Origin: an uncultured Spirochaetota bacterium
GTDB lineage: Bacteria > Spirochaetota > Spirochaetia > SZUA-6 > Fen-1364
DNA length: 64,000 nt
Reading direction: 5' to 3'
Assembly (NCBI GenBank): GCA_963845535.1
Contig: CAWJSK010000003.1
Coordinates: forward strand, 64,001-128,000
Shown here one piece after another: positions 26,847 through 36,621 of the stretch. The notes below the pieces were generated by a model. It searched no databases, had not been told where the DNA came from, and saw nothing but the letters and a program-made list of their open reading frames with translations. Position 1 is the stretch's first letter, and each line of letters starts with the position of its first letter. The position numbers and the translations under genes are program-made.

Positions 26847-29273
26847 TCACGGCTTTCCGCGGTCCGCCATCCTGCAGAGGGGCTCGAGGCCCTCCGGCAC
26901 GTCGAGAAGCTCGTAGATCAACACGGGCTTATTCTTCCCTTTGACTCGAATGTTGTCCAGTTCCCGGGCAATGACCTTGTCCTTCACCTGGGCGTATGTG
27001 TACTCACTGATGATGATCGTGCTCCCGTATTCCTTGTTCGTGCCTTCCAGCCGGGCGCCCAAGTTGCAGTTGTCCCCCATCAAAGTATAGTTCATTCTTC
27101 CGGCGGATCCCATGTTCCCGACCGTCATGATCCCCGTGTTGACCCCGATCCCGATTCTTATCATCTTCTCCGGCGGCCATCCCGCGTTCATCTTGTTGAG
27201 GACCTCGATCTGCCTGAGCGCGCACTTGCAGGCAAGGAGCGCATGCTCCTCTTGCGGCAGCGGGGCGCCCCAGAAGCACATGATCTCGTCACCCACGTAC
27301 TTGTCCAGCGTGCCTTCGTACTCCAGGATCAAGTCCGTCATTGCGGTCAGGTACAGGTTGAGGTGGTTCACGAGCTCCTGGGGAGACATTCTCTCCGAAA
27401 GAGTGGTGAACCCGCGTATGTCGGAGAAGAGTACGGTCAGCTCCTTGTCCACCCCTCCCAGCTCAGGAGGAGCGGGGGCTTTGAGAAGCTCATCCACGTA
27501 CGCCGGGCTGACGTACTTGCCGAACATGTCGCGGATGCGTCGCTTGTCTCTTTCTTCGAACACCGTCCGATAGGCAACCACGGCAAGGAAGCACACGAAG
27601 ATCCCCAGGGCGGGGCCGAAGAAGTTCAAGACGGTGTCGTAATACTCGAAGACAACGAGATAGACGAAGAAGTACACAAGGATCAGGGAGACGGATATCA
27701 CCAGGGACCAGATGGTGGAGAGCCTTGAGACCATCAACGACGTAAGCATGACGATCAGGAAAAGGATCAGCGTTTCCAGCCAGGGCTCCGTGAAACGGAC
27801 GAAGTTGTTCATGAGGATGGTGTTGAGCGCGTTTGCGTGGATCTCCACGCCGTACATCAGGCCGAAGGGGGTCGGTTTCTCATCCTGCGCAATGCCCTGC
27901 GCGAAAGGCCCCATCATGAGGATCATGTTTCCGACTTTCTTGGTGTTTGGCCATTTTGCCGGGTCCGGCGACGTGACGCTTCCGGCGTAGCCGGCATATG
28001 AGCGGACAGGGAACGTCTGCAGCTCATCCGGGTTGGCGCTCGAGCGCGGCCCCATGTAGTTGATGACCATGGCGCCCGTCTCATCGATGGGGACGCGGAT
28101 TTCCGTCAGCGTCTTGTAGACGCCGTCCTTCACGAGGTTCCCGTCCTTGTCGTACTGCCGCGGCCTCACGGTGAGCCTGTACGGCTCCCATTGCTGGGTA
28201 TCCAGGTTGAACTGCTGGGGGTTGGGAATGAGGATGTACTTGCCGAGAACCACTTCGATATCCGACATGGTCTTGTGCATGTACTCCAACGCCAGGGAAA
28301 GCGTGATGGAGGGCACAAACGTGTCTCGATATTTCCGAACCACGAAATAGGACCTCTGCGTTTTTCCGTCCGCTGATTCCTCCACTCTCGGCGGGGCATT
28401 CTTTGCCATCACTCGCTTGAGGTCGGCGAGCGCTGCCGCGGTGAGGGGGTACGCAACGTCATGGATGACGTTGGATTTGTCGATCCACGCAAGCCGTTCG
28501 AAGTTGGCCCTGTCCAGGGGCATGTTTGCGGCAAGCTGATCCAGCGGGATCTCCCCTTCCGGCTCGGAGAGCTTGGCAATGAGCGGTTGCCTGCGGTAGA
28601 CCTCATCCGGGTCGTTGAGGAAGTTCGCATGGCCGTAGCCGTGCGTGGCGGCCGCGTACGGCTTGAGGGGGGAATCCACTCCCAGGAAGGTGTTTACCTT
28701 GAGCCAGTCCCCCGTGATGTTGGTGATCGTGCCGATTTTCTGGTACAGGACGTCCTGCCTGCCGAAAAACTCGGCGTCGGTGCCCGGCGGGTTTTCTTCC
28801 AGAGTGAGGACAGTTTCCAGGAAGACCCGGCCGTTCTGTTTGATGGATGAGATCAGGAGAGCGTCATCTTCCGCGGTCTCCGACGGCTCTATGAAAAAAA
28901 CGTCAAGGAACAGGGCGCGCTCACGGTCACCCTGATTCTTGATGCGGGAGAATGCGTTCACGAGGTCCGCGTGCCGTCTCCGGGGAAAGGGCCATCTGCC
29001 GAAGCGGGCCAGCGCCTTGTCATCGATGCCGATGATCATGATATCCGGCGAAATCCTTGGATTTTGCTGGACGACGGAGACGCCCTGCTGCACATTCGTG
29101 GCTCGAACGGAGCTCTTCAGGCGGAAATTGAAGTCCAGCAGCTTCTGGTCGATCTGCGTGATCAGGATGGTCCCGAAGTTCAGGGCAAAGAGGAGAACAA
29201 AGACCAGAAGTCCGATGAAGAGCCCGAAGTAGCGCGTCTCCAGCAACTTCGACGTGCCTTTCTTCTCAGCCAC
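26847..29273 (-). CDS. CHASE2-domain class III adenylate cyclase
   Basis: IIGIDD..FGRWPFPR and GVEIHA (CHASE2), three TMs, then LFSDIRGFT, DKYVGDE and NYTLMGDNCNLGARLE. GAGGAGG RBS. Confidence 0.92.
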   Translation of the reverse strand: MAEKKGTSKLLETRYFGLFIGLLVFVLLFALNFGTILITQIDQKLLDFNFRLKSSVRATNVQQGVSVVQQNPRISPDIMIIGIDDKALARFGRWPFPRRRHADLVNAFSRIKNQGDRERALFLDVFFIEPSETAEDDALLISSIKQNGRVFLETVLTLEENPPGTDAEFFGRQDVLYQKIGTITNITGDWLKVNTFLGVDSPLKPYAAATHGYGHANFLNDPDEVYRRQPLIAKLSEPEGEIPLDQLAANMPLDRANFERLAWIDKSNVIHDVAYPLTAAALADLKRVMAKNAPPRVEESADGKTQRSYFVVRKYRDTFVPSITLSLALEYMHKTMSDIEVVLGKYILIPNPQQFNLDTQQWEPYRLTVRPRQYDKDGNLVKDGVYKTLTEIRVPIDETGAMVINYMGPRSSANPDELQTFPVRSYAGYAGSVTSPDPAKWPNTKKVGNMILMMGPFAQGIAQDEKPTPFGLMYGVEIHANALNTILMNNFVRFTEPWLETLILFLIVMLTSLMVSRLSTIWSLVISVSLILVYFFVYLVVFEYYDTVLNFFGPALGIFVCFLAVVAYRTVFEERDKRRIRDMFGKYVSPAYVDELLKAPAPPELGGVDKELTVLFSDIRGFTTLSERMSPQELVNHLNLYLTAMTDLILEYEGTLDKYVGDEIMCFWGAPLPQEEHALLACKCALRQIEVLNKMNAGWPPEKMIRIGIGVNTGIMTVGNMGSAGRMNYTLMGDNCNLGARLEGTNKEYGSTIIISEYTYAQVKDKVIARELDNIRVKGKNKPVLIYELLDVPEGLEPLCRMADRGKP

Positions 29274-29333
29274 GCGAGCACCCTCCTCACGGCGCGCGGC
29301 CCGGCCACGCCCGTCATCAGCCCCCTGTCGTCG

Positions 29334-30059
29334 CTACTTTACTTTTCCCAGCACGCGCAGCTCGATCAGCCTGTCCTTGGCGAGCTTGTCCCAAGTGCTG
29401 CTGGGATACAGGCCGTCGATCTGGTCGTACATCTTGTGGGCGTCGTCGAATTGCCCTTTCTGCTCGTCCAGGCGGGCAACGTCGAACATGGCGCGCGGGG
29501 CAACCGGTGAGTCCTGGTAAGCCTGGGCGACTTTCGCGTACTGCTTCAGAGCGCCGTCGACGTCGCCTTTTGCTTCCCGGCAGACCCCGGCATCGAAAAG
29601 GCTGACGGGCGCGAGGTAGCTGTTGGGGAAACGCGCGGCAAGCTCCTGGTAGTCTTTCTGCGCGTTATCCCAGGCCTTCTTGTCGTAGTTGAAGCTTGCG
29701 CGAATGAAGAAACCGCGCTCGCCGCCGTACTGTCGGGCATAACGGCTGGTCAGCACGCCAAGCTCATCCGTGAGCTGCTTCTCCAGCGTGCCCTTCTGGG
29801 CGACATCGGACTCCGACTGCCACTTGTCGTAAAGGTCCTGAGCGCTTTCCGCGAGGACTGTCGAGTCACTGGTCAGCTTCTTCGAGATTTCCGTGTAGGT
29901 GAAGTACCCCACCAGGAACGCCGCGGCCGCGATGAGGATCACGAGCAGGATGATGCGGAACCTGCTGACGGTTGCGGCAAGAAAGTTGTTGATCCGATGC
30001 CGAATCGGCGTGTCAGAAACCACCTGGCGCCGGTCCGGCGTCTGCTGCACTGGCTGCAT
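29334..30059 (-). CDS. Membrane-anchored TPR protein (YfgM-like)
   Basis: One N-terminal TM followed by TPR units. Start moved to ATG 30059 after GAGGAG. Confidence 0.8.
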   Translation of the reverse strand: MQPVQQTPDRRQVVSDTPIRHRINNFLAATVSRFRIILLVILIAAAAFLVGYFTYTEISKKLTSDSTVLAESAQDLYDKWQSESDVAQKGTLEKQLTDELGVLTSRYARQYGGERGFFIRASFNYDKKAWDNAQKDYQELAARFPNSYLAPVSLFDAGVCREAKGDVDGALKQYAKVAQAYQDSPVAPRAMFDVARLDEQKGQFDDAHKMYDQIDGLYPSSTWDKLAKDRLIELRVLGKVK

Positions 30060-30064
30060 TCGTT

Positions 30065-31585
30065 CTATGCTCCTCTTTCTCTCATGATGTTCAGCTCTCT
30101 CACAAGCTTGGACAAGTAGCTCCTCTGGATGTCGAGGGCCTGCGCCGTTCGGGTCTGATGCCACCCGTTGGCTTCCAAGGCTTTCGTGATAAAGTGTTTC
30201 TTGAAGATGTTCAATGCCTCGCGGAGAGTTTTCAGCGAGTAGCTGTCCCCGTTCTGGATGGGTCCGTTGTTCAGGATGAGGAACTCCGGACGGATCATGC
30301 CGTCCCGGGAAAACACCACCGCCCTCTCGATTGCGTTTTCCAGCTCCCGCACGTTCCCCGGCCAGGAATAGGACAAGAGCTCCTGCATGGCGGAGTCGGA
30401 GAAGCCCTGGATCTGCTTCTTCGTCTCCCGAGAGTGTTTTTTGAGGAAGAAATCCGCCAGGACCGGGATGTCCTCCCTGCGTTCCCGCAGCGGAGGAATC
30501 TGAATGGGGAGAACGTTGAGCCGATAAAAGAGGTCCGCCCGAAACTTCTTCTCGTTCACCTGCGCTTCGAGGTTCCGGTTGGTGGCCGCAATGATCCGTA
30601 CGTCCACGTGCATGGATTCGCTGGAACCAACTCTCTCGAAGGTCCTGTTCTGGATGACCCTCAGGAGCTTCGCCTGCAGCGCGAGCGGCATGTCCGCCAC
30701 TTCGTCCAGGAATATCGTGCCCCCGTCCGCAAGCTCGAACCTGCCGCGCCGGTCCGAAATCGCATCCGTGAAAGCCCCTTTGACGTGGCCGAAAAGCTCG
30801 CTCTCCAGGAGCGGCTCAGGGATGGCGGCGCAGTTGACCCTGATGAAAGGCCTGGTCTTGCGGGGGCTCGCAAGATGGATCTGCTCCGCAAAAAGCTCCT
30901 TGCCAACGCCGCTTTCTCCCAGCAGGAGGACGGAGGAATCCGTTGCAGCGGCCCTGCGGGCAATCTCGAGCTTTTCCTGGATGAGCCTGCTTTCCGCGAT
31001 GAAGGTATGATAGCCCTCGTCCTTGATGACCTTGGCTTGCAGCAAGGAAAGCTCGTTCTTGGCTTTCTGGTAGCTCTGCGCGTTCTGGATGGCAAGCGCG
31101 GCCTGGGTTGAAAAAGCCTCGAGCCACTGGAGGTCTTCTTCCCCGAACCTCTTGCCGCCCCTCTTGTTGATGATCTCCACGACTCCCACGAGCCTGTCCT
31201 TGACCCTCATGGGCACGGCCAGGATGGCCGTTGCGGGGAAGCCGATTTTCTCTGCGATCTCAGGGTAGAAGCGAGGGTCTTGCGCTACGTCGTTCACGAT
31301 CAGGGAGGTGTTTTTCTGCGCAACCCACCCCGCGATCCCCTCCCCCATGTTGAGCGAGTAATGCTTGAGGAAGGGTCCCTTGGGGCCAAGGGCGATCTCG
31401 AAGTACAACTTGTTGTTCTCAGGATTCAGCAGCATGAGGGAGGAGGCTTCTCCCTCCGTAAGCTCGGTTGCCGAGCGGACAATCTCGGTGAGGAGCGCCT
31501 TCAGGTCGGCGTAGTTCGAGTTGATTCTCGCGTAGATGTCGAAAAGTATTTCAAGCTTCTCGCGGTCCGCGGTGAATCGCAACAT
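30065..31585 (-). CDS. GAF-domain sigma54-dependent Fis-family transcriptional activator
   Basis: N-terminal GAF, Walker A GESGVGKE, ESELFGHVKGAFTDA, Walker B IFLDE, WPGNVRELEN and a C-terminal Fis HTH. Confidence 0.93.
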   Translation of the reverse strand: MLRFTADREKLEILFDIYARINSNYADLKALLTEIVRSATELTEGEASSLMLLNPENNKLYFEIALGPKGPFLKHYSLNMGEGIAGWVAQKNTSLIVNDVAQDPRFYPEIAEKIGFPATAILAVPMRVKDRLVGVVEIINKRGGKRFGEEDLQWLEAFSTQAALAIQNAQSYQKAKNELSLLQAKVIKDEGYHTFIAESRLIQEKLEIARRAAATDSSVLLLGESGVGKELFAEQIHLASPRKTRPFIRVNCAAIPEPLLESELFGHVKGAFTDAISDRRGRFELADGGTIFLDEVADMPLALQAKLLRVIQNRTFERVGSSESMHVDVRIIAATNRNLEAQVNEKKFRADLFYRLNVLPIQIPPLRERREDIPVLADFFLKKHSRETKKQIQGFSDSAMQELLSYSWPGNVRELENAIERAVVFSRDGMIRPEFLILNNGPIQNGDSYSLKTLREALNIFKKHFITKALEANGWHQTRTAQALDIQRSYLSKLVRELNIMRERGA

Positions 31586-31596
31586 CCCCCGCGCCG

Positions 31597-33297
31597 CTAG
31601 CCCTTTATCTTGTCCTTGAGCATGTCGCCGAGGGAGACGGTCTCCTGCTTGGAGTCGTCATGGATGTACTTGTCCATCTCCTCCCGCTGCACGCGCTTGA
31701 CGTAATCCTTCAGGGAGAGCGACAGCTTCTGCTTGGACGGGCTCACTTCGGTCACCACGGCCTGGACCTGGTCTCCGACCTTGTACTTGGCCATGGCCGT
31801 CTCTATGGGTTCCACCCTGTCATCAACGATGTTCATCTTGTGCACCAGGCCCTCGATCCCGCCCTGGACGCGCACGAACAACCCGAAGTCCGTGATATTG
31901 GTGATCTCCCCGTTGATGATGCTGCCGCGGGGGTACGCGCGGGCAATCGACTCCCAGGGGTCCTCGGAGAGCTGCTTGGCGCCCAGTTGGACCTTTCCGC
32001 GCTCCTTGTCGATCCCGATCACCATGAGCTCCACTTCATCATCCACCTTTGCGAACGATGAGGCGTTCCTGATCTTCTTTGTCCATGACATGTCGTCCAC
32101 GTGAAGGACGCCGTCAATGCCCTCTTCCACGTCGAAGAACAGCGCGTACGGGCTGGCCCTGACGACCTTGCGTGTCAGCCTCATGCCCACGGGATAGCGC
32201 TGGTCAATGTCATCCCAGGGGTTGGGGAGGACCTGCTTGAGCCCGAGGGAGAGCTTGCCCTGCTGGATGTCGTAGTTGAGGATCTTGGTCTCCACCACGT
32301 CCCCCACCTTGAGGACTTCCCGGGGATGCTTCACCTTGCGCACCCAGGACAGCTCCGAGATATGCGCAAGACCCTCGATTCCTTCCTCGATCTCGATGAA
32401 TGCGCCGAAATCCGCGAGCTTCGTGACTTTTCCCTTCACGATGTCCCCGATGTGGTATTTCTCCTCGAAGTGGTTCCAGGGGTCTTCCGTGAAGTGCTTC
32501 AGGCTCAGGTTGATGCGGCCTTCTTCCGGCTCCAGGCGGATCACCTTGAGCTGGATGGTCTCACCGAGCCGCACGAAGTCCTTGGGCCGGGTGACGTGGC
32601 CCCAGCTCATGTCATTGATGTGGAGGAGGCCGTCGAATCCCCCCAGGTCCACAAAGGCTCCGAAGGAGGTGAAGCTCTTGACCACCCCTTCAACGACGTC
32701 TCCGATCTTCACCTGGCCGAAGAACTCTTCCCGGCGCTTGCGGATGTCTTCTTCCATCCAGTCCCGCCGGGAAACCACGATGTTCGTCTTGCCCTTGGCG
32801 TACAAGCGGTCGATATAGAAGGAGGATTTCACCCCGACGTAGTCCGAGTTTTCGCTGGGCCTCTTCACGTCAACTTTCGACAGCGGGAGGAAAGCCCTGA
32901 TGTCGTTTCCCAGGTCGACTTCGTAGCCACCCTTGATCTTGTGGATGATGGTGCCCTGGACGGCCTTGTGGTCATCAAAGGCGATCCGAAGGTCTTTCCA
33001 GAAAATCTTCTCATCAGCCTTGCGCTTGGAGACGACAACCTGGCCTTCACGGCCTTCCTTGCGGACGAGGATCACGTACACCGTCTCACCCATGGAGGGC
33101 TTGACATCGAATTCGTTCGCCGGAATCTTTCCTTCCGACTTGTAGCCCACGTCCACATAGACGTAGTCGTCGTCCACTTCGATGACCCGCCCGGGTATCA
33201 TCTGGCCCTCTTCGATGGGCTGAAGGGACTGAACGTACTGCTCCTGGAGCTGCGTCTCGACTTCCGGAGCGAGCTTCTTCTTGTCTTCTGTGCTCAT
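31597..33297 (-). CDS. rpsA: 30S ribosomal protein S1
   Basis: Six S1 repeats (VDVGYKSEG, FGAFVDLGG, FGAFIEIEEGIEGL and others). Confidence 0.97.
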   Translation of the reverse strand: MSTEDKKKLAPEVETQLQEQYVQSLQPIEEGQMIPGRVIEVDDDYVYVDVGYKSEGKIPANEFDVKPSMGETVYVILVRKEGREGQVVVSKRKADEKIFWKDLRIAFDDHKAVQGTIIHKIKGGYEVDLGNDIRAFLPLSKVDVKRPSENSDYVGVKSSFYIDRLYAKGKTNIVVSRRDWMEEDIRKRREEFFGQVKIGDVVEGVVKSFTSFGAFVDLGGFDGLLHINDMSWGHVTRPKDFVRLGETIQLKVIRLEPEEGRINLSLKHFTEDPWNHFEEKYHIGDIVKGKVTKLADFGAFIEIEEGIEGLAHISELSWVRKVKHPREVLKVGDVVETKILNYDIQQGKLSLGLKQVLPNPWDDIDQRYPVGMRLTRKVVRASPYALFFDVEEGIDGVLHVDDMSWTKKIRNASSFAKVDDEVELMVIGIDKERGKVQLGAKQLSEDPWESIARAYPRGSIINGEITNITDFGLFVRVQGGIEGLVHKMNIVDDRVEPIETAMAKYKVGDQVQAVVTEVSPSKQKLSLSLKDYVKRVQREEMDKYIHDDSKQETVSLGDMLKDKIKG

Positions 33298-33299
33298 AG

Positions 33300-33959
33300 T
33301 CAGCGTATATCTCCCGGGTTATTTTTTTTCACGAGGATAGCTTCAATCACTCTGTCACAAACTTCATCTATGGTCAAGTGAGACGTATCAATTCGGATGG
33401 CATCCGCGGCCGCTTGAAGCTTTCCCAGGGGTTTGTTCCTGTCAACTGTGTCGCGAGCGGCAATGGACTTCTCCACTTGCTCAAGCGGCAGGCTGCTGAC
33501 TCCCTGGGAATGCCGCCGAACCGCCCGCGTGGCCACATCCGCATCCAGAAAAATTTTCACCTCCGCCTGCGGGAAGACGACGGTGCCGATGTCCCGTCCT
33601 TCCACGAGCGCGTTTTTTCCCTTGACGACCTGGCGGAGCCTCTCGTTGACGATGTCCCTGACCTCGGGGATGCTCGAGTGCGCGGCCACCCACATGTCCA
33701 CCGAATCAGAGTGAAGGAGCTCCTCCACGCGGCGGCCGTTGAGGGTGAGGCAGGAACCGCTCATCTCCAGCCGGCACTGGCGCGCAACGGCCAGGACGCC
33801 GGCATGGTCTTCCGGGTGGGCAGCGGCTTCCAGAACGGCCAGCGTGATTGCCCGATAAAAGCTGCCCGAGTTCACATAGAGCAGCCCAGCGGCGTCGGCG
33901 CTCCTTCTTGCAACGGTGCTCTTCCCCACCCCCGCAGGCCCGTCAATCGCTATTACCAT
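33300..33959 (-). CDS. cmk: Cytidylate kinase
   Basis: IAIDGPAGVGKST and EGRDIGTVVFP; adjacent to rpsA. Confidence 0.96.
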   Translation of the reverse strand: MVIAIDGPAGVGKSTVARRSADAAGLLYVNSGSFYRAITLAVLEAAAHPEDHAGVLAVARQCRLEMSGSCLTLNGRRVEELLHSDSVDMWVAAHSSIPEVRDIVNERLRQVVKGKNALVEGRDIGTVVFPQAEVKIFLDADVATRAVRRHSQGVSSLPLEQVEKSIAARDTVDRNKPLGKLQAAADAIRIDTSHLTIDEVCDRVIEAILVKKNNPGDIR

Positions 33960-34743
33960 GATCGAAAAACCACCTGATCTCCCGTTCGGTCAGCCTGCGA
34001 AAATGACCGGTCGGGATTCCCTTCAGCGTTATGGGGCCCACACGGAGCCTGTGCACCCTTTTGAGCCGGATGTTGCGGCTGGTGAATACGTTTCTGAGCT
34101 CGCGGTTCTTTCCCTCCACCAGCGTGATGAGGGCGGAATGGGGGCTGCGAAGAACGAAGCTCTTGCACCGGTACACGACGTCACCGACGCGGATGCCCTT
34201 GGAGTACTGGCGAAGGAAATCTTCGTCGATGGCCCTTCCGGTTTCCACGAGGTATTCCTTCTCGATCCCCGCCCGCGGGTGGGATACGAGCTTGGAGAAC
34301 TCGCCGTCATTCGTGTAGAGGATGATCCCCGTGGAAAGAAAGTCCAGTCTCCCCACGTGGAAAAGGCGTCCGTGGATGGCGGAAGAGAACAATTCGCTCA
34401 CCAGGGGCCTGCGCTCGGGATCACTGTTGGCGCACAAGTACTCGCGGGGCTTGTGGACCGCGATATAGATCTTCTTGTTGGAGGGAACCACGGCATGGCC
34501 GTCAAGAGTCACCGAGTCTCCAAGAGAAACCTTGGCGCCGAGCTGGGTGACGGGCGCTCCGTTGACGGTCACTCGGCCGTGTTGGATGAACGTTTCGCAG
34601 GCGCGGCGGGAGCCAAGGCCGCAGCGCGCAAGGAACACCTGGAGCCGGATGGAGTCTTTGGAAGAGCCTCCCGAGCGGGCGCGCGAGGCGCCTGCGGAAA
34701 GCCCGGAAGAAGAGCCATGGGCGCGCGGTTCACTCCTGCTCAA
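33943..34743 (-). CDS. rluB: rRNA pseudouridine synthase (RluB/RsuA family)
   Basis: S4 domain (RLQVFLARCGLGSRR), VGRLD and EGKNRELR; scpB-rluB-cmk order. Confidence 0.88.
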   Translation of the reverse strand: MSRSEPRAHGSSSGLSAGASRARSGGSSKDSIRLQVFLARCGLGSRRACETFIQHGRVTVNGAPVTQLGAKVSLGDSVTLDGHAVVPSNKKIYIAVHKPREYLCANSDPERRPLVSELFSSAIHGRLFHVGRLDFLSTGIILYTNDGEFSKLVSHPRAGIEKEYLVETGRAIDEDFLRQYSKGIRVGDVVYRCKSFVLRSPHSALITLVEGKNRELRNVFTSRNIRLKRVHRLRVGPITLKGIPTGHFRRLTEREIRWFFDHGNSD

Positions 34744-35266
34744 AGCGCTCCCTTTCCAGGCCGTCGAGCTTGGGCAGGTCCGAAATGGTGCTCAAGCGGA
34801 AGGCTTTCAGAAACTCCTTGGTAGTCCCGTACTGCACGGGCTTTCCCGGGGCGTCTTTCTTCCCGACTTCCTTGATGAAGTTCCTGCTCACGAGAAGCTT
34901 GATCATCCCATCAGCGGCAACGCCGCGGATGCTTTCTACCTCTCCACGCGTAATGGGCTGGGAATAAGCGATGATTGCCAGCGTTTCCAGCGCGGCCTTG
35001 GAGAGATGGTTTTCGCTGTTTTTTCCGTACCGCTCGCGCAGCTTTTCCCAAAGCCCCTTGCGCGGAGCGAAGGCGAACCCGCCTCCGATCTCCACGATCT
35101 CCAGGCCGTGGCCGTCCGCTTCCAGCCCCTGGCGAAGCTGCTCGATGGCTTCCTGCGCCGCTTCCGGTGAAAGCCCGCTGATGGAAGCGAGCTTGCGCAG
35201 CTCCACCGGGTCGCTCTCCAGAAGCAGCACCGCTTCGATGAGCGCGGCGTCCTTACTCAGCTCCAT
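34730..35266 (-). CDS. scpB: SMC-Scp complex subunit ScpB
   Basis: LSKAALETLAIIAYSQPITRGEVESIRGV and YGTTKEFL. Start moved to ATG 35266. Confidence 0.95.
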   Translation of the reverse strand: MELSKDAALIEAVLLLESDPVELRKLASISGLSPEAAQEAIEQLRQGLEADGHGLEIVEIGGGFAFAPRKGLWEKLRERYGKNSENHLSKAALETLAIIAYSQPITRGEVESIRGVAADGMIKLLVSRNFIKEVGKKDAPGKPVQYGTTKEFLKAFRLSTISDLPKLDGLERERFEQE

Positions 35267-36011
35267 TTCCGTTCGCTCCCTCCGGCATTTCTTTCCGCGC
35301 CCTGATCCTGATGTCCCCGAAAAGCCTGTTCTGCATGACGCTGATGCGCTTCTCTTTGACCAGCTCCAGGACCGCCCAGAACGCGCAAACGATCTCCAGG
35401 AGGCTGCGGCGCTTGACGAGGTCCGTGAAGAGGAACTCCTCCCGATCCTCCAGCAGCTCGGCAATCAGCGTGACCTTCTCATTCACGCTGACTTCCTCAT
35501 ACAGATCGATGATCCTTTCCGAGGACATGCTCGTGAGGAGGGAAGAGAAAGTCTGCAAGAGGTCCCAGACGCTGACCTGTTCCCAGATCCCCTCATCAGA
35601 GAACGGAAGGATCCGCTGGCTGCCGGTGCGCTCGATGATCCATTCGACCTCGCCTTCCTTCTGGGCCATGAGGTCCGAGAGCTTTCGGAACTTCTGGTAC
35701 TCGATGAGCTTCTCCACCAGGTCCCGGCGGGGATCCTCGATCTCGTCATCCAGGTTCAGCTCGACGGGAAGGAGCATCTTGCTCTTGATGTACAGGAGCG
35801 TTGCAGCCATGAGGTAGAACTCCGTCATGGTGTCCAGGTCCACCTTGGTGGCGAAGTTCAAGTAGGAGAGGTATTGCTCCGTGATGGAGGCAATCGGAAT
35901 GTCGTAGATGTTGACTTCCGACTTGCGGATGAGAAAGAGAAGGAGATCCAGTGGTCCGTCGAAGTCTCCGAGGTGAAAATGCTGCTTCTGGCTCACGCTC
36001 GGTTCTGACAT
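35253..36011 (-). CDS. scpA: Segregation/condensation protein ScpA
   Basis: FDGPLDLLLFLI, IKSKMLLP and QNRLFGDI. Start moved to ATG 36011. Confidence 0.93.
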   Translation of the reverse strand: MSEPSVSQKQHFHLGDFDGPLDLLLFLIRKSEVNIYDIPIASITEQYLSYLNFATKVDLDTMTEFYLMAATLLYIKSKMLLPVELNLDDEIEDPRRDLVEKLIEYQKFRKLSDLMAQKEGEVEWIIERTGSQRILPFSDEGIWEQVSVWDLLQTFSSLLTSMSSERIIDLYEEVSVNEKVTLIAELLEDREEFLFTDLVKRRSLLEIVCAFWAVLELVKEKRISVMQNRLFGDIRIRARKEMPEGANGNGAE

Positions 36012-36096
36012 CTGGTCAGAGACAGGACTCCCTTCAGTATTGGTGTCGTTGAGGGGTGGTAGTATTGGCACTGTTCTGTATCGACAGGAAATTATA

Positions 36097-36600
36097 CTAC
36101 CGGCGGGGATAAGAGTAAACACCCCGGCTCCTGCCGGGCAGGATGTCGGCGTAGGGAACTCCCGTGCGGGGGTCAGCGAGCCGGGGTGAGATCTCCAGGA
36201 GCGGCACCAGGACAAAGCCGCGCTCCGCCATGCGCGGATGCGGAATGACCAGATCAGGTTCTTCTATCATCAGGTCTCCGCAGAGAAGGATGTCGAGGTC
36301 GATGCTTCGTGGCCCCATTCTCTTTTCCCTGCCGCGGTCCCGCCCCAACGCGTTCTCTATCCCGTGCAAGGCTTCGAGCATTTCCCGTGGAGCGAGCGCT
36401 GAGTGCACCCTGCCCACCGCATTCAGGAACAGGGGCTGGTCAGTGACGTACATGGGCTCTGTTTCGTACAGGCTCGAAAGCACAAAGTCCGACCCGTCAG
36501 CCTGCACGGCGTTTTCGTGTATCATCTCCCACGCTCGGCGAAGGTTGCCCTCCCGGTCCCCTTGATTGGATCCGAGGGCGATGTGATAAAGCTGCCTCAC
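36097..36600 (-). CDS. folK: 2-amino-4-hydroxy-6-hydroxymethyldihydropteridine pyrophosphokinase
   Basis: IALGSNQG, FLNAV, GPRSIDLDIL and IPHPRMAERGFVL. Confidence 0.95.
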   Translation of the reverse strand: MRQLYHIALGSNQGDREGNLRRAWEMIHENAVQADGSDFVLSSLYETEPMYVTDQPLFLNAVGRVHSALAPREMLEALHGIENALGRDRGREKRMGPRSIDLDILLCGDLMIEEPDLVIPHPRMAERGFVLVPLLEISPRLADPRTGVPYADILPGRSRGVYSYPRR

Positions 36601-36621
36601 GCCGTCAGCGACCAGCCGGTC

